From the human T2T-CHM13v2.0 reference genome, Homo sapiens, in the NCBI RefSeq assembly GCF_009914755.1, contig NC_060934.1: a stretch of 64,000 nucleotides of DNA; one strand, 5' to 3'. The notes beneath the pieces were generated by a model, which ran no database searches, was not told where the DNA came from, and saw nothing but the letters and a program-made list of their open reading frames with translations. Below are positions 14,599-30,352 of this stretch, piece by piece. Numbering within the stretch: position 1 is the stretch's first letter; every line of letters starts with the position of its first letter. Made by a program: the position numbers and the translations under genes.

Positions 14599-16601
14599 CT
14601 GTGAATAAATAACCAGGCTTTGTGAAAACTCAGGGCCAGTGCCTGTGCACAGGGGAATGGGGAGGGGCAGCTTTGGGAAGGGGGAAGCAGCCCTGGGCTC
14701 CAGGCCTGGCTCTGCTTCTAGGACTCAGTTTCAGCATCTGTAAACAGGAAGAGCACCTGCTACCTTGCCGAACTTGAAGGGTTGTTATATGAAGATCATA
14801 AGAGGTAATGTGTGTGGAGGTGCTCAGAAAATGAACATCCACACAAACAAGTTAGCCACATTCTTTTAACTCCTTCTGATCCTGAAGTGACTCCCTAGCC
14901 TGCAGTCACTATTTAGAAGGCAGACTTTGCACCTTAACTAAGTCAGGAAGGTGAAGATCAGGCCTGGTGCTGACTGGCACTGGGGCAAACATTTTCTACC
15001 TTTAAAGAGGCTCCAGATGAGCCAGGGCTCATGCTCAGGAGGCAGCCGGTAACCGGCAGCCAGGAGTGGCTCTGCAGCCACCCCCAACAAAGACAAGCTC
15101 ACTGCCCACTCCTCTTCTAGCCACACCAACAGCCACTAGGCCAAGTGCCAAAAGGCGAATGCACAGGCCTTAGAGAGAGAAGCCTGCTAAGAACGGCCTG
15201 CCTCTCCTTTCACCACAACCTCTGCTCCCAGCATCTCCACTCTGGGAAGACTTAAGGGCATTTTCAGCCCTTAACTCTTTGCAGAATAGTGAGGACAGCA
15301 TAGGATTTGAATGCCAATTTGCAACAATACTGTCCAAAAAAGCTGATAAGTTGTCAAATGCCAGAATCTTCCCCAAATGTGAAAACACAGCATTTTAGTA
15401 GAACCAGCCATTACCCCCCACATCCATCCGTAAGACATAAGAAATTTTAATGGGCGTTATTCATACACATTGTATATTTTCTCACATCCTTATGATCTCT
15501 CTGATCACATCTTCTCTGGTGACTACAACGAGAGGAAGGAGCAAAACAACCCCTTTCCATCCAGTACCACCTCTAGCAAGCAGCAGCCAAACAACAGGAA
15601 TAACTGCAGGCCACTTAATTTCAAGTGTATAAAGGCTACATACTGGTGAATGTTTTCTTTATTTAAACTGCTCTGTAAATATCTGTACCAACATAAAATA
15701 AAATAATGAATTGGGAGATTGTTAAATTCGTTAATAGATGCCTGCTGATTTCTCTCTTCCAGTGCGAGGAAATGTTTTCATGCTCTGCATCCCTAGAGAC
15801 ATATTTTCAAAGCCATGTTCAGAGGCAATTTTCTTCCCCGTTTCTGTGTGTCTATGTGTGTGTTGGGGAATGCAGGGTGGAAGATGTTAGGGGCCAAAGC
15901 TCTTCCTGGGGATCCAGTAAGAGAACTACAGTCCAGTTTTTCAGCAAGCCCAGCCCCACAGGTGTGCGAGGGGCCTTGGAAAGAGTCAGGAATCTTCCCT
16001 TGGCAGCACCTCTTGTGAGGGTCCAGTGGAGTCCTGAGCTGCTCATTCTTATCTCTGACTCACAAGGCTGGGCCGAAGGGGTACGCGGCTCCCTGAGGGC
16101 AGCTGCTTGTCTCTATCTCTCCACCACCTGTGCCTTGCAGAGAGCTTGGCTCTGCAGGCACACAGGGCCCACAAATGTCCAACCAGCTCAGCTGACTTCA
16201 CTGAAAAGGCACCACCCTGTCAGCAGAAAGGAGAAAATTGAAAATGTCCTGGCTGAGTCCTCCTTTGCTGGTGAGGAGAGATCTACAACTACATGTCCTG
16301 AAAACTAGCCCACTTCAAAAAGCCAAAGACAAAGGAGTTATTCCCTTTTGGAATATGCTTAATGCCTGGGGATTTATCTTCAGCCCCAACAGGCCAATGG
16401 GATGGTTAAGGCTGACACAGAGATAGTGAACTGTGGAGCTCAAAGGCTCTGCTCTCCGTTCGTTTAACAGGAAGAAGGCCTGGAATTCTGGGCTGTCCGG
16501 GCTGATGATGAGTAATAACACTGAAAATCCTAACACAGTATTATTATTACGCAGCTCAGGAGGGGGCTTGATAAAGTCACTGCAGGCAATTAAGAAAATG
16601 A

Positions 16602-17451
<850 letters not shown>

Positions 17452-20423
17452 ATGACACTGACTTTTTAAAATGTCATCTTACTGAAGGACGTGCACACAT
17501 CTGTAGAACAGTAACAACTTCCAAGTTAACAATGACTTCCCCCTCTCGGGCACTGCCATGAGAATCAGTTCGAGCAGACAGTGGGCGCCTGAGTGCTGAT
17601 AATAAGGATGAGGAGGCTGATCGGAGGAATGGAAGAAAAGCCCAGTAAGTGTGCCAGGCTGCAGAGATTTTCCCAATCCAGGAGGACATTTCAAATAAAC
17701 TGCAGTGCAATCTTTCTGCCCACACAGTTTCTCTCTCTTTTCAAAAGTTATACTGTATTCTACCTTTTACCATTTAGTGTGTAATTACTTTCCCATTAGA
17801 GGAGATATCTGGGAAAGAAGGAGAATCTATCAGAACAATGAGTTATCAGATTAAATGGATTAATAGCTTTAAGCACTTACAATAGTGCCTGTCACAAAGT
17901 AGTTAAGTGTTAACTAAAATAAATAGGCATAGCTATGAATTGGCCTGTTTACTACAAGCATTAGAGGTAGATTTTTAGCTTTTAAAATCAGGCATCAAAG
18001 TTTACTGAGAAAGAAAAATCATTAATGCCTTGGTAAAGCCAAGGTGAAGGTCCTTATTAGCAGTCAACATGGATTTTTATTTGGATATTCTAATTGCAAA
18101 TGGAAGATTTATTAGGACCCATAGATATGCTGGTAATAAATTAGAGGAAATGGCAGAAGTTTGCAAAGAATGCAGACCAGTATTCTCCCAGATAAGGTCA
18201 GAATATGTTAATATCTATCCAACCAAGCCTTGAGTCAGTTAACTGAAACACCAATGTGATCACTCAGAAGTGACATTGATCTCTTCTGTCTTGTGTTTGC
18301 AAAGCAGGGACACCAGCCTGATGGTTCTGGGTCTTCTAATGAACAACGACTCAGAGGTTCACTTCTGTCTCCTTACAAACAAACTGTGGGTACAGCTCAA
18401 TGTCTTCACTGAAAACAGGCAGGAGCCACCTATTCTATTAAAGAGCTAATTGTCAGCCACCCATAGAAATAATTACTATTCTTTGTAGAACTTAATCCCA
18501 CAAGCAATGTCAAGATCTACCATTTACATTTATTTCTACATTTTTAAAAGAAGGGCTTTGATACCATTTATGCGGTGATGATGACTCTCTAGAAACAACA
18601 TTAGAAACAAAAAGCCTGGAGCCAGACAAGACCCATCTGCATCCTGTACCAGGAACCCCTGGAGCGAACCCTCCACACTGATGTGTGGCTCCATGACCTG
18701 AGGAGCGATCCCATGGGGCTGGGGCCACATGGCACGGGGCCCAACCAGTGCTCTCTGATCCGGAAAGCTGGAACAACTGTCTGTGGCTTCCCTGCAGCTA
18801 TTTCAACACCTGGCTGAATAAAAGAGAGTCACTGCCTGTCTAGGCTGCTGTTAAAGAAAATGACCCCCAGCAATCCAGTCTGGAACATTCCACAGAAAGC
18901 AACACGTTGGCCATCAGGCCTTTTCCTTTCAGTTGCTTAGCCTCAGATGCTCTTTGAATTGGCCTCCAGAGGGCTTCTCCACACTGGTGCATGGAGAGGC
19001 CTCTTCCGAGAACACCATGTGGCACAAGTGGCCAGAGAAGCACAGGGCCAACCGTCTTTACTAGCAGCAAATGGTGAACACTTTCTACCACAGATTACAG
19101 TCTCCTGAACTGTATGTTTTTAGCTTGAAAATGTCTCACAGTGCTGGCTCATGAAACATTCTAGAGAAAGCCTAGCAGTATCTCTTTAGGTACAGCCCAG
19201 GTAGGGAGGGTAGGTCTGAGATGGCACGAACTCCCAGCGGTACAGACTGAGGCATCTGTGCGAGGCCCTGTGCGCTCCTGGAGATGAGTTGAGGTCAGGA
19301 GGTCCCAGCAGCCCCTTTCCCTTGGGGCTCAGGCTGGCCTCACCCTCAGGGGCTTTCCCCACCGCCTTGCCACCAAGGATGCGGCTAAACCCCAGATATT
19401 ACTCCAATGATTCATCAGCATAAGGGCACGTCCAAACCCACTTTCTTCACTTCAAAAGATTCCTTTGACTTCTTCACCTGAGGGAAGAGAAATGAGCATA
19501 TTTTGGACTTGGACTAAGTATCTTTTAGAAGCACACAGAGCAAGGGAGACAGGAAGAGCTTTGGAGTCAGCCAGTCCTAGGCTTGAGCCCCAGCCTACCA
19601 CTATTAGCTCTGTTCCTTATGGACAAGTTTTCCCTCTCTGAGCTCAGTTTCTTCATGAGCAAAAGCAGGTCTAGTAATCGTTCCCATGTCACAGCTCAGT
19701 ACCACAATATGTCAGACAATTAAAGGCATGCACAAAATGCCAATGTATGTCAGACTCATAACGGGCCCTCAAACTCCCTGATAGCATTTCTGTTATGCCC
19801 CCAGAGCCTCCAGGACCCCGTGGAAGCTGCCTGCCAGCAAGCCCTGGAGCACACTGAGCTGTGGGAAGACGGCTCCTTCAAGGCAAGACCTGCCACAGCA
19901 CCCCAGGCCCTGCTCTTAGACTGCGATGGCTCTGTAGGTTTTAAAGAATGCTCTTTTTACTTAAGGGATAAATTTCAGAGACACTCCTAAAAAGTCCCAG
20001 GAACAAGAGAACTGGGTCCTAATCCAGTGACTGCCTTTTGGGCCCAATCCTGGCTGTACCTAGTGATGCCCGCTAAGAGGGAGCAGGCAGTGTTGTGTTC
20101 CCGTCTAGGCCTGGGGAGGACCAATCCAGCCTGAGTCTGACCCGCAGGGGCTGATGTAAGGCCCCGTGCCTCAGGGCTCCGGTCAACTCTCAGAGGCTAC
20201 TCAGTGCTCCCCAGCTTGCCACCCACTGCCCCTGCCATGCTGTACTCTCCAGGAAAACCCTCTCCTTCCACGTCTCTGCTCAGTGGCTCCCTCTGAGTGG
20301 GAGGGCTTGGCCATGGCTACTGCCTGAGGGAGGGCCTGCCCTTCTCTGTGGAGAGGAGGCCATGCCTTTTGTACAGACTTTCCTGAAGACCTCTGCCTTC
20401 TTTTGGACACCCTGACATGACAC

Positions 20424-21209
20424 TGTGATACAAGAGGAAATATTTCGTTTTCCTCCCTGTTCCAGGCACAGAGCTTCTGAAACTCTTGGAACTTCCCATT
20501 AGAGGTGAGAGGAGCATCTTTTGTTATTCATGATAAACCCCTTTTAACCATACTGGAGTTTATGCTAATGAGGTGACTGGTGGTGGCCCCTAGAAAGCTT
20601 CAGGATGGGGGCTGAAGGCCACACAGAGGATCACAACCATGTGATCAAAGGGTTGGAGATGGAGCTAGTCACCAGGGGTCAATGATTTAATCAATGGTGC
20701 CTACATAATGGAACCTCCATAAAACCCCTCAACTATGAGTTTATAGAGCTTCTGGGTTGGTGAACACATCCATGTGCCAGGAGGGTGGCGCACCCCAACT
20801 CCATGGGGGAAGAAGCTCCTGTGTACTCAGGACCCTTCCAGACCTCTTCATCTGGCTGTTTATCTGTGTCCTTGTTATCTCCTTTATAAAAATCAGTACA
20901 CATAAGTGTTTCCCTGAGTTCTGTGAGCCATTCTAGCAAATTACTGAACCTGAGTAGGGAGTCGTGAGAACTCCTGACTTGTAGCCAACTTGGACAGAGG
21001 TCCCTCAGCATCCAATACTTGTATCTAAAGTGGGGGACAGTTTGCTAAGACTGAGCCCTTAAAGCTGTGGGGTCTGGGTTAATTCTGGGTAATGTCAAAA
21101 TTAAGTTGTAGGACACCCAGCTGTTATCTGGAGCATTGGAGAATTGGTCATTGATATGAGGAAAAACCCCACCTATTTGGTATCCTGAGTGTTTTACAGG
21201 TAGAAACAG
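20424..21209. mobile_element. MER21-family LTR
   Basis: gagtttatgctaatgaggtgact..., tttccctgagttctgtgagccattctagcaaatta and ggacacccagctg match the recalled MER21 consensus. Confidence 0.75.
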
Positions 21210-21960
21210 GTATCTTAATAGCAGGCCCACCATACAAAAACTGTTCATACCTCTTCTGGTCACTTAATCCACCCTGCCTTATCACGGTTACTGATGTCTA
21301 TGTTCCCCACCCTACCCCACCTCCAGCCCCAGCTAGGCTGGGAACTTCCAGAAGACAGGAATGGAGTTAAACTCCTCTTCAGTCCCAACGCCCTGCAAAG
21401 GGCCTGGCACACAGGTGCTCCTGGGTAAACATCTGCCGAACCATATTGAACTGACTTGTTCTCCTGTGATGTGGGAAGCAATATGGGGGGTGGGGCAAGA
21501 GAGGCGTCAGTCAATGCATTAATACCTGAAAGCCATGTCCGAGCCGATGAACGCACATCCACTGAACTAAGGAGTGCACAGGCTCAGGATTGCCAAGTGG
21601 CCGAAACACTCTGGGACTACAGCTTATTCATCTGAGTGGCCAGAAAAGGCCCGTGTAGTTCCTCTAAACCGGAGGCTCCTTAAGCCTCTGCCCACCAGAT
21701 TCAAACACAGAGTCAAGCACACTTACGTCTTCATCCCTGCAGGAGCCCCAGTCACTGTAAATCAGAGTGGATGGAGGTGCTTGGCCAGCATCTCCTTGAG
21801 AGCAGGTCGGCATGGAGCAGATGCCAGTCAGGCCTCTGAATGTGACAGGCCATGGGATGAGCAGTGGCCTTGCTGTGCTGAGTGTGAATTCCAGCCTGCC
21901 ACTTCATAGCTTGTGACCTTGGACAAGATCTGGGCCTTGGACCCCCAAGAGTCTCTATAG

Positions 21961-22168
21961 CAGCACAGTCAGAAAGAACTTTTGGTGATGATGGGAATGT
22001 TCTGTGTGGTCCAATTTGGTGCCACTGGCCACAGTGACAAGTGAGCTTGTGAAATGTGCCCAGTGTGACTGAAGAACTAAATTTTCAATTGTATTTAATT
22101 TCAATTAATTTACATTTACATTTAAATAGCCGTATGTGGCTAGTGGCTACTGTACTGGCCAGCACAGC
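21961..22168. mobile_element. MER3 hAT-Charlie MITE
   Basis: gtgactgaagaactaaattttc...tttaaatagccgtatgtggctagtggctactgtactggccagcacag. Confidence 0.75.
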
Positions 22169-22922
22169 TTGCAGTGGACACGATTCTGACTTCATGGGGT
22201 GATGGTGAAGATTAAATGACATCATACAGGCCACGTGTCTATGTACCCGAGACACGCTGGGCACTCAGTAAATGCTAGTCTTCAACGTTAACACCGAGCA
22301 TGTAGTGACTCAGGAAAGGTACAACGAAGTTATTTTTAAAAGAAATTAGAAAAGAGAAAAAAGGAGAATTGGAGAACTTGGAAAGGATCCACTGAGCCCA
22401 GCAGTATCTCTGCTGTTCCCTGACTGCTCACTGCCGCCCCCAACCCAGACGACTCTGTCAGGGGCCTAATTAAGCTCCAGGGATCCTCAGACCACAGTGT
22501 AGAAAAAGACGCAGGACTTTCTCTAGAACAAGCTCCCAGTAACACAAAGAAAAATATAAGCTAGAGAACCTTCAGGCAACAGCAATGACTTACGGCAGGA
22601 AGACTTGTAAGTAATGCCTTATAAGACGTTAGTGTACAAGTTTGCACGTCAAGAAAGGCCAACATCACCTTTAGGAGTATTTTTTTTAAATAACATAAAT
22701 ACTTTGTTTTACCAGAAACAAAACCATCTATCACTGTTTCAGAAGCCATAAAGAGACCTATTTAAGGTATACTCTCTCCCTATACCACTCATCCTGATCT
22801 CACCACCCAAGGGCCAAGGCATATACCCCTCTCCTGGGACCACCTTAGAGGAAACTCTCAGCTGTCAGCAGTTCATCTGACCCTGGCCTCCCAGCTCAGC
22901 AGACACTCAAGCAATTTTAGAA

Positions 22923-23082
22923 AGGGGTCAGAAAACTCTAGCCTGGGGTCAAAGCCAAGCCCATTGTTTGTTTATTTCCTATGGCTGCTCTCATGCTTCT
23001 GTTGCAGAGATTAGTAGTTCTGACAGACCATTTGCCTGCAAAGCCTAAAATATCCTTAACAGATGAAGTTTGCCAGCTCACG
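22923..23082. mobile_element. MER58A-like hAT remnant
   Basis: aggggtcagaaaact...tatggctgct...cctgcaaagcctaaaatat...aagtttgcc. Confidence 0.65.
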
Positions 23083-23865
23083 ATCTCTAGGAAAGCCTGG
23101 ATTTCCTCCTCTTCAGCAATCTAAGATAAGATAGTTCTACTTCATGCTCTCATGGGGGTGTATGATCTTACACCTACAGCAGAGGAGTCAAATGACAAGG
23201 GTGTAAGAGCTTGCGGTTGTACTGGACATTCAGGGAACAGAGAGGAAGGGAGATGCACCTTAGAGGTGGGGCTGCCCTACAAGTAGACGGTCAGCCTTCC
23301 CATCCCTCTTGCTCCAAGAATTTTTGCCTATGTATCTTCTGAAGCCTACAATTCCATAATTAGTTTAAGACTAAGTCCCCATTTAAATGCTAACACCCCT
23401 AGAACAAGTGCCACTTTAAATCCAAGTCCACAGGCAGCCCAATCATGAGTCAGTTCTTTACCTGGGAGCAAGCTGGGAGAGGGAATTCAGAGACAGAAGT
23501 AGCTCCTGAGAAGGGAAAGGACAGTCCTCAGTAAGGGGAGAGTACCCACTCACACCTCCTGCCTCTGCTCTCTTTGGAATCCCTCAAGTGATCTCTCCAC
23601 TGTTTTTATCTCCCAAATGTTTTATTTTGTGTTATGTTCAAGTCAAGTTCTTTGGTACAGGGGGTAGAAGGAAGTGGGCTAAACCTCACAAAGTATAGAC
23701 ATACACAAATACAAACAGGCTATGCTCCCAGAGTGGGTTATACGATGCTCACCAATCAATCTCACCACCAAGAATGCACTGAGGAAATATTCTTTTCCCT
23801 AGGTAGTGGTTGTGAGGTCAACAAAAAATAAATGGCTTCATTTGGAGTGATGTTTTTCTACTTAC

Positions 23866-23940
23866 TGGAACAAATATATTCTGCAAGCTTTTCTGCATTT
23901 CCACAGGTTTCTCCTTCTGTAACCAGGCCAATTTTACTCA
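23866..23940 (-). CDS. UROS: UROS exon 6
   Basis: (V)[24 protein letters not shown](R); AG/GT boundaries; 75 nt; codon 113 is GTT. Confidence 0.98.
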
Positions 23941-25936
23941 CTGGAAAACCACAAAGAAATGTATTTCTTAACACGGTTATTGAAGTCCTTTTGTTCCAGC
24001 GTTATTTTTTAACGTGCAAATACACAGGTATGCAGTTTACAAATCACATAGAGGATGTCTTTTCTTGAAAGCTACTGAGGGAAGATCACAAGTGTCTGTT
24101 CAGAAGAGAAAGCATCAGGTCCTGGTACCTGCACCCCAGTTGTGTAGGCTGGGTAAGTAAGGCCTTAACTAGCTTCCCTGAGCCCCACATAGCTCATCTA
24201 CAAGAGGGGGAAAAACCAACCACATGGAACTGTTTTAAGGATCGTGTCAGATAATAAGAGCAAAGTGCTTGCCATCTAGAAGGTGCTCAACAAAGGCTGT
24301 TTTCTCTTCAGTCAGGAAGGAGATGATGGGCATTTGGTACTTTTTGCAGGAATCGGCATTACAGAGCCTTCATTTTTTTGGGAGGATGTGGCCAGACCAC
24401 ATCCAGAAAGGTGTTATGGCTTGACATGGCCAGACTAAAATGGAAGGAAGGGGAGGAAAGGTTTCATAATAATCTGCTAACAGGGACCCACAGCGCTACA
24501 AATACAAGTCATTTAGGATGAGGGGCTATACCAGCACTTTTGTGAGATCCCTATTCATGAACCAAGTAAGAAGCTAACAGACTCAGGCTCCCCCTGCACT
24601 TTTCCAGACAGCAAACACTTGGCCACTCCACAAAGCGTGCTGATGAAGGGAGGCCTAAGGGACTGGCTCAGTCAACACTGCTACCTGCTCACAGGAATGT
24701 GGAATGCCTCTGAGGAAGGAAGTGCTGTGGGCTTTCCACTTAGGAGTCACACAGAGCCTGGTTAGTAACAAATGGCAGCTTTAATAAAAACACCAGCAGC
24801 TTTTAACTTATGGATCATTAAAAACATGCTGAATCAAAAGAAAAATAAAGCTGTAACTCAGTTCAGGAACTAAGCCCTTGCTTATGCTACAGTGGCAACC
24901 GAGGCTGGACCTCCTGTCTGAGCTTAGAAGAGCTAAACGCATCAAAAACAAAAGTAAACAAAAAAACCTGTAAAAATCCCACAGGAACTGAACTGAGACA
25001 TAAGAACTTAGCAGTGACGCTGGTAATCAATATTGACATAAATATGCATTTTTCCCAAGTAATGAAACAATAATAACCATAACCAGAACATTAACTCTCA
25101 TATATAGCTTTGCTGATCACAAAGTAAGCACTTGCTCATTTGATCCTCACACCACAACCCTGTGAACAGAACAATTACTACTGTACTTGAGAGGGAAGGA
25201 AGCTATTAAGCAGTGGCCAGCTCTATTTGTGAGGGCAGAGACTGGGGCTACCCGGTCCACCCCACAGTCCACAGATGGCTCTCAAGAAATGTTTGGGGAA
25301 TGCATATTTGGTCTAAGGTCTCAGTCCCTGCATGTGGCAAGACTGACTCTGCTTCAAGTCAGTACAACATTTCAACCAACACTCTGGCTGGGTAAGCCCA
25401 TCTTAAGGGCCCTGCCCAAGTAAAAGCTGACAGTGAAACTTCAAATTGTCTCCAACTGTGTTAAATAAACCTGCCAGAGAGTATTTTTTATATTTGAGAG
25501 GTTAAGACACTGACTGCCACAGTTAAAGGGACTATAAGAATGTACTACCAAGTTTGGCTAATTTTTGTTATTTCTGGTAGAGAAGAGATTTCACCATGTT
25601 GCCCAGGCTGGTACAGTCTTTCTGTGTTATGAATTCCAAGTTGTTAATTGCTAAGCTATCTTCTGTGACATCACTGGTCTGGGTTTACAAGGCCAAGCAA
25701 CAGTGCCTACTAAATGGCGCCCAGGTCCAACTTTGCAATCAGATGGGAAAGTTGGGGCACCTGACCTTTGGGCAGCCAAATGGAAGGCTTTCCTAGGATA
25801 TGGCTGGCTGAGTTGCAAGGTATCAAACCACAAGCCAACCATCTTTGCTTTTTCAATAAAAATTAAAATGTTATTAAAATATGCATATATTATTGAACCA
25901 AATAATGTTCTCAGGAGATTTTATGTAGACCAAGTA

Positions 25937-26149
25937 CAGTAAGTCCTCACTTAATGTCAACAATAGATTCTTGGAAATTGCCACTGTAAGTGAAACGACA
26001 TACAGCAGGTCCTTGAATAACATCGTTTCATTCAACATGTTTTCATTACAACATTGATAAGGAAAAAAAAATTTGTTTCATTATATATCATTTCACTTGA
26101 AGTGGCAGTTTCCAAGAACCTATCAACAATGTTAAGTGAGGACTTTCTG
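25937..26149. mobile_element. TcMar-Tigger MITE (MER6B-like)
   Basis: Long imperfect terminal inverted repeats (cagtaagtcctcacttaa... / ...ttaagtgaggactttctg), flanked by TA on both sides. Confidence 0.8.
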
Positions 26150-26176
26150 TATAATGTTACATAGCATGTACTTTTG

Positions 26177-26318
26177 AAAAAAATTTATTTTCAAATAAAT
26201 AGAGACAGGGTTTCACCATGTTGCCCAGGCTGATCTTGAACTCTTAAGTTCAAGTGATCTGCCTGCTTCTGCCTCCCAAAGTGTTAGGATTACAGGTGTG
26301 AGCCACTGCACCCAGCCA
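26177..26318 (-). mobile_element. Alu left monomer (FLAM-like)
   Basis: Single reverse monomer; TSD agcatgtactttt. Confidence 0.85.
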
Positions 26319-26575
26319 GCATGTACTTTTTGCCATCTATTATTAATCAATAATACCTGTAAAATTATGTCAGCGTGCAACATTTATAAAGAAATACTGG
26401 CATCTTCTCTCACTGGACTTCCACACCGAAATCCCTTGCTATTCACTGGACCCTTGTTTTCATTTCTACTTCAAGAAAAATGTCTACCTTGTCTTCTCTT
26501 TGCTTCAAATGTCCAACTTTCCTAACCTGATTCCCAGGCTCTAGGGAGCCAGGGGTGGCTCTTGACTAGAGGGCT

Positions 26576-27088
26576 TGTGGGCAGTGGAAAGTGGCTCCTA
26601 ATGATCCCTGTGATCCATGCCCCTGTGTCATCCCTCCGCTTGAGTGTGGGCTGGACTTACTTGATTCAAGCCAAAAGAAATGGCAGAAGAAATGGATGCC
26701 ACTTCCAAGATTAGGTTATAAAAAGACTGTGGCTTCAGTGGTAGGTGCTCTCTTTTGCTCTCTCTTGGATTGCCTTGCGACAGGGGACGCCAGCTGCCAT
26801 GTCTTAGGTAGCCCTCTCGGGAGGCCCATGTGAGTGAGCTGGGAAGCAGATCTTCTGAGGCCACTGACAGCTATGTGAGTGATTTTGGAAGCAGACCCTC
26901 CCCTAAGTCAAGCCTCAAAATGTCTGTAGCCCTGACCACCAGCTTGACCATGGCCTGGTTACAGAGAAGCCCACTAAATCATGCCCAGATTCTGGCCCAC
27001 AGAAACATTGAGATGATAAATGCCTGTTTCTAGCTAGTAAGTTTTGGGGTAATTTGGGGGTAATTTGTTACGCAGCAAAGATAATACA
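26576..27088 (+). mobile_element. MaLR LTR (MLT1F-like)
   Basis: tgtgg...cttgagtgtgggctggac...aagttttggggtaatttgttacgcagcaaagataataca. Confidence 0.75.
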
Positions 27089-28652
27089 TTGGGCCTGGTC
27101 TCCTCCCAGCTGTTGGTGCTCAACTTCTGATAACTCTCCAGGCTCCTGCTGAGATTCTAGTTGAACAGAAACCTCAGAGAGTTCAAGCAATGCCTTGTCC
27201 CTGTACCTACTCAAAAGAGCTCCTTTGTACATTATTATATCTGAAAAGGTGAGCTAAAATAGAATGTTCAAAGTTGGGTGATTGACTTTCATGTCAAGGA
27301 AAAATGTGGTTTCCTTTCAAAGACATTTTTAAAAGTTACAACACTTCTAATTTCCTCTCTCCTTTGATAATATGTTCCCTGCATTTAGAACATGTCCTTT
27401 TCCTTCACAACTGAATAAACAGGGACCAGACTGAGTCCAGTGAGTGCCTAACTGAGACCAAGGCCCTGCTGCTTGTGCTGCACTTGATATGGTCCACTCT
27501 CAGCCACTCTAAGTCTCAAGACATAGATGCTCATCATTCATTGTATCACCATAGTCTTTTTTCTCATTTTCTTCTCATATGACAGGACAGTGACAGCAAA
27601 ATGCATAGTGATGCTACCGAAATCAAACTGAAGGGGATGTGATGCTCAAAATGTTTGCTTATCAGTGAATGTGTGAAAGTTTGGAAAATGTATAAATATA
27701 CTGTATATTTGATAGTTGAGTTTTTGGTAGGAAATATAGAGAATGAAAGAAACTGGCTATTTTCTTTCCTCTTCTCATTCAGGAAAAAATGATAAAAGAA
27801 AGTAACAAGCAAATTCTTAACTTATTTTTGGAGAGAGATGTGCGGGAGGGAAGATGGTTTCCTTGGCAACCAAGCCACTAATTCCCTTTCCCTGGCTGAT
27901 CTGCTGAGCTTGTGGTAAAAGTCATGCTGCTCAGAAGATCTAGGAATCATCTTTTAATTAGCTTAGCAACTCCCAACTGGTTTCTTCCCCAGCCTCATTT
28001 TGTTCTCTGGAAAATGTGCTTTTAATTCTTAAACTATTTTCACTCATATTATACATTCCTCTAATATTTTCAAATTCACTGGACAAATTGAACTGTTCTG
28101 AAACAAAGTTACAGGCTAATTTATGACAATTGCTAAGCATTGTTTTAAGTATTTAAAATGCTCAATGTTAATTTTTAATGATTACTATTTACATTTTATG
28201 CTTTAAGAAGAATAAATAGACTCAAGACTGGAAAAATGCACAAAATATTAAGAAAACCAAAAAAAAACAACTATGATATCACTATCTGGAGATTTAGGCT
28301 TTTAAAAAAATTATAGTAAAAATATAACATAAAATTTGTCATTTTAATCACTAAGTGCATAATTCAGTGGCATTATGTACATTCACAATGGAATTAGTCA
28401 GCCAAAGGGTACAAACATTTTAATAAAGCTTTTGCATACATACTGACCAAGTGGTTCTCAAAAGATGTAAACCAATTTTTAATGCCATTTGGAAATGTTT
28501 GATTATATTTGTTTCACTGCATTCTTATCAGTAGTATCGTATACTTAATTAATTTTTGCAAATTTAATAAGCAAAAAATAATATTTTTAAACTGAGTTAA
28601 ACTGTTTTTTAAAACTGAAAAGGCTAAGCCATTTTTTGTTGTTTTATTTTTA

Positions 28653-28820
<168 letters not shown>

Positions 28821-29977
28821 CTAAGAAACTGTGAGCAAAGCAAACTATTAGCAACCAAATGTAAAAAACAGCATCTCAAACTAAAATTCCATTTTCACTT
28901 TGTTCATGTTTTATAGGCAATTTTTAAAAAATTGCTTTCATAAATGTTTTAGTACTCCTTGCTTGAAATATTAGCCTATCTCCACAGTTGGTACTAGAAG
29001 AATTTTAATGGGAACCACGAAATCAACATAACTTGAAGAATTAATCTGCATAGTGAAATCAAAAATTTAAATCTAGACTTTTAAAGAAAAAGACACTGGT
29101 CATTTAAAAAAAGCAACTTAAATGTCTAACAAGGAAATCCAATTGGTTTATTTGGGACATAAATCTGAAAGCAGTCAACAAACTGTAATCTCAGAGGAGA
29201 GGGTTCATTTATCCATTACACCAAAGTAAAAATAATAAATTTCAGGTCAATTAACAAACACAATTTGATACAGAATATTATCATTTTATGATCAAACAAA
29301 ATCTTTAAATATAGATTAAAGAAACACAAAGAGAAAATGGATTGTATAAATATATCATAAAGCTACTGGGCATTCATTACATTTTTAGAAAACAGGGAAA
29401 TAATGGTTCTTCCTTTCCAAAATCTGGTTATGAACATAATTTTCCCTTAAATTCAAGAGCATTCCTCTACCCTTTACATTAAGGGAAATTCCCTTTGAAA
29501 TGGTAACCAAAGATTGAGTTCCACTTTGCTTCCTACCCCATAAATATCAATAGTATTTATTCAAAAGTTATCCATAGCATGTAAACAAACTACTTTCCAA
29601 GCCTCACAGCAGAACAACTGGAGTGAGCACTGGGTGGAGTCAGAAAGCCTTCCACAGAGCCAGCTCTGCCCCTTAACGTGTGTGTCCCAGGTAAGTCAGT
29701 TAACGCACCTCGTCTGTTTCTTCATCAAGGTAACTGGGATTAACTACACTCCTACTGCTTATTCCCTATGGTTGTTGTGAGAATCAAAATAAGAAAATAC
29801 ATGGGAAAATGCATTTTAAACTTTATTATAAAGCACCAGAAAGAGTTATAGTGACCTTTCTAGGGTTTTCCTCTTTTTCATTATCTTCATCCTCAAAACA
29901 TACACAAAAAGAAAAAATACAACTGCAAGAAAAAGCACCCAGAGCACCACTGGGAAAGAGTACACATGCTTCCCCAT

Positions 29978-30352
<375 letters not shown>

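Noticed and set aside
15706-16308. 200-aa ORF antisense in UROS intron 6
   Set aside because: No recognisable homology or supporting gene structure; consistent with a chance ORF.
21721-21745. Possible 10-nt microexon in UROS intron 6 (cag|GGATGAAGAC|gtaagt)
   Set aside because: Strong donor but poor pyrimidine tract, and no other support from sequence alone.
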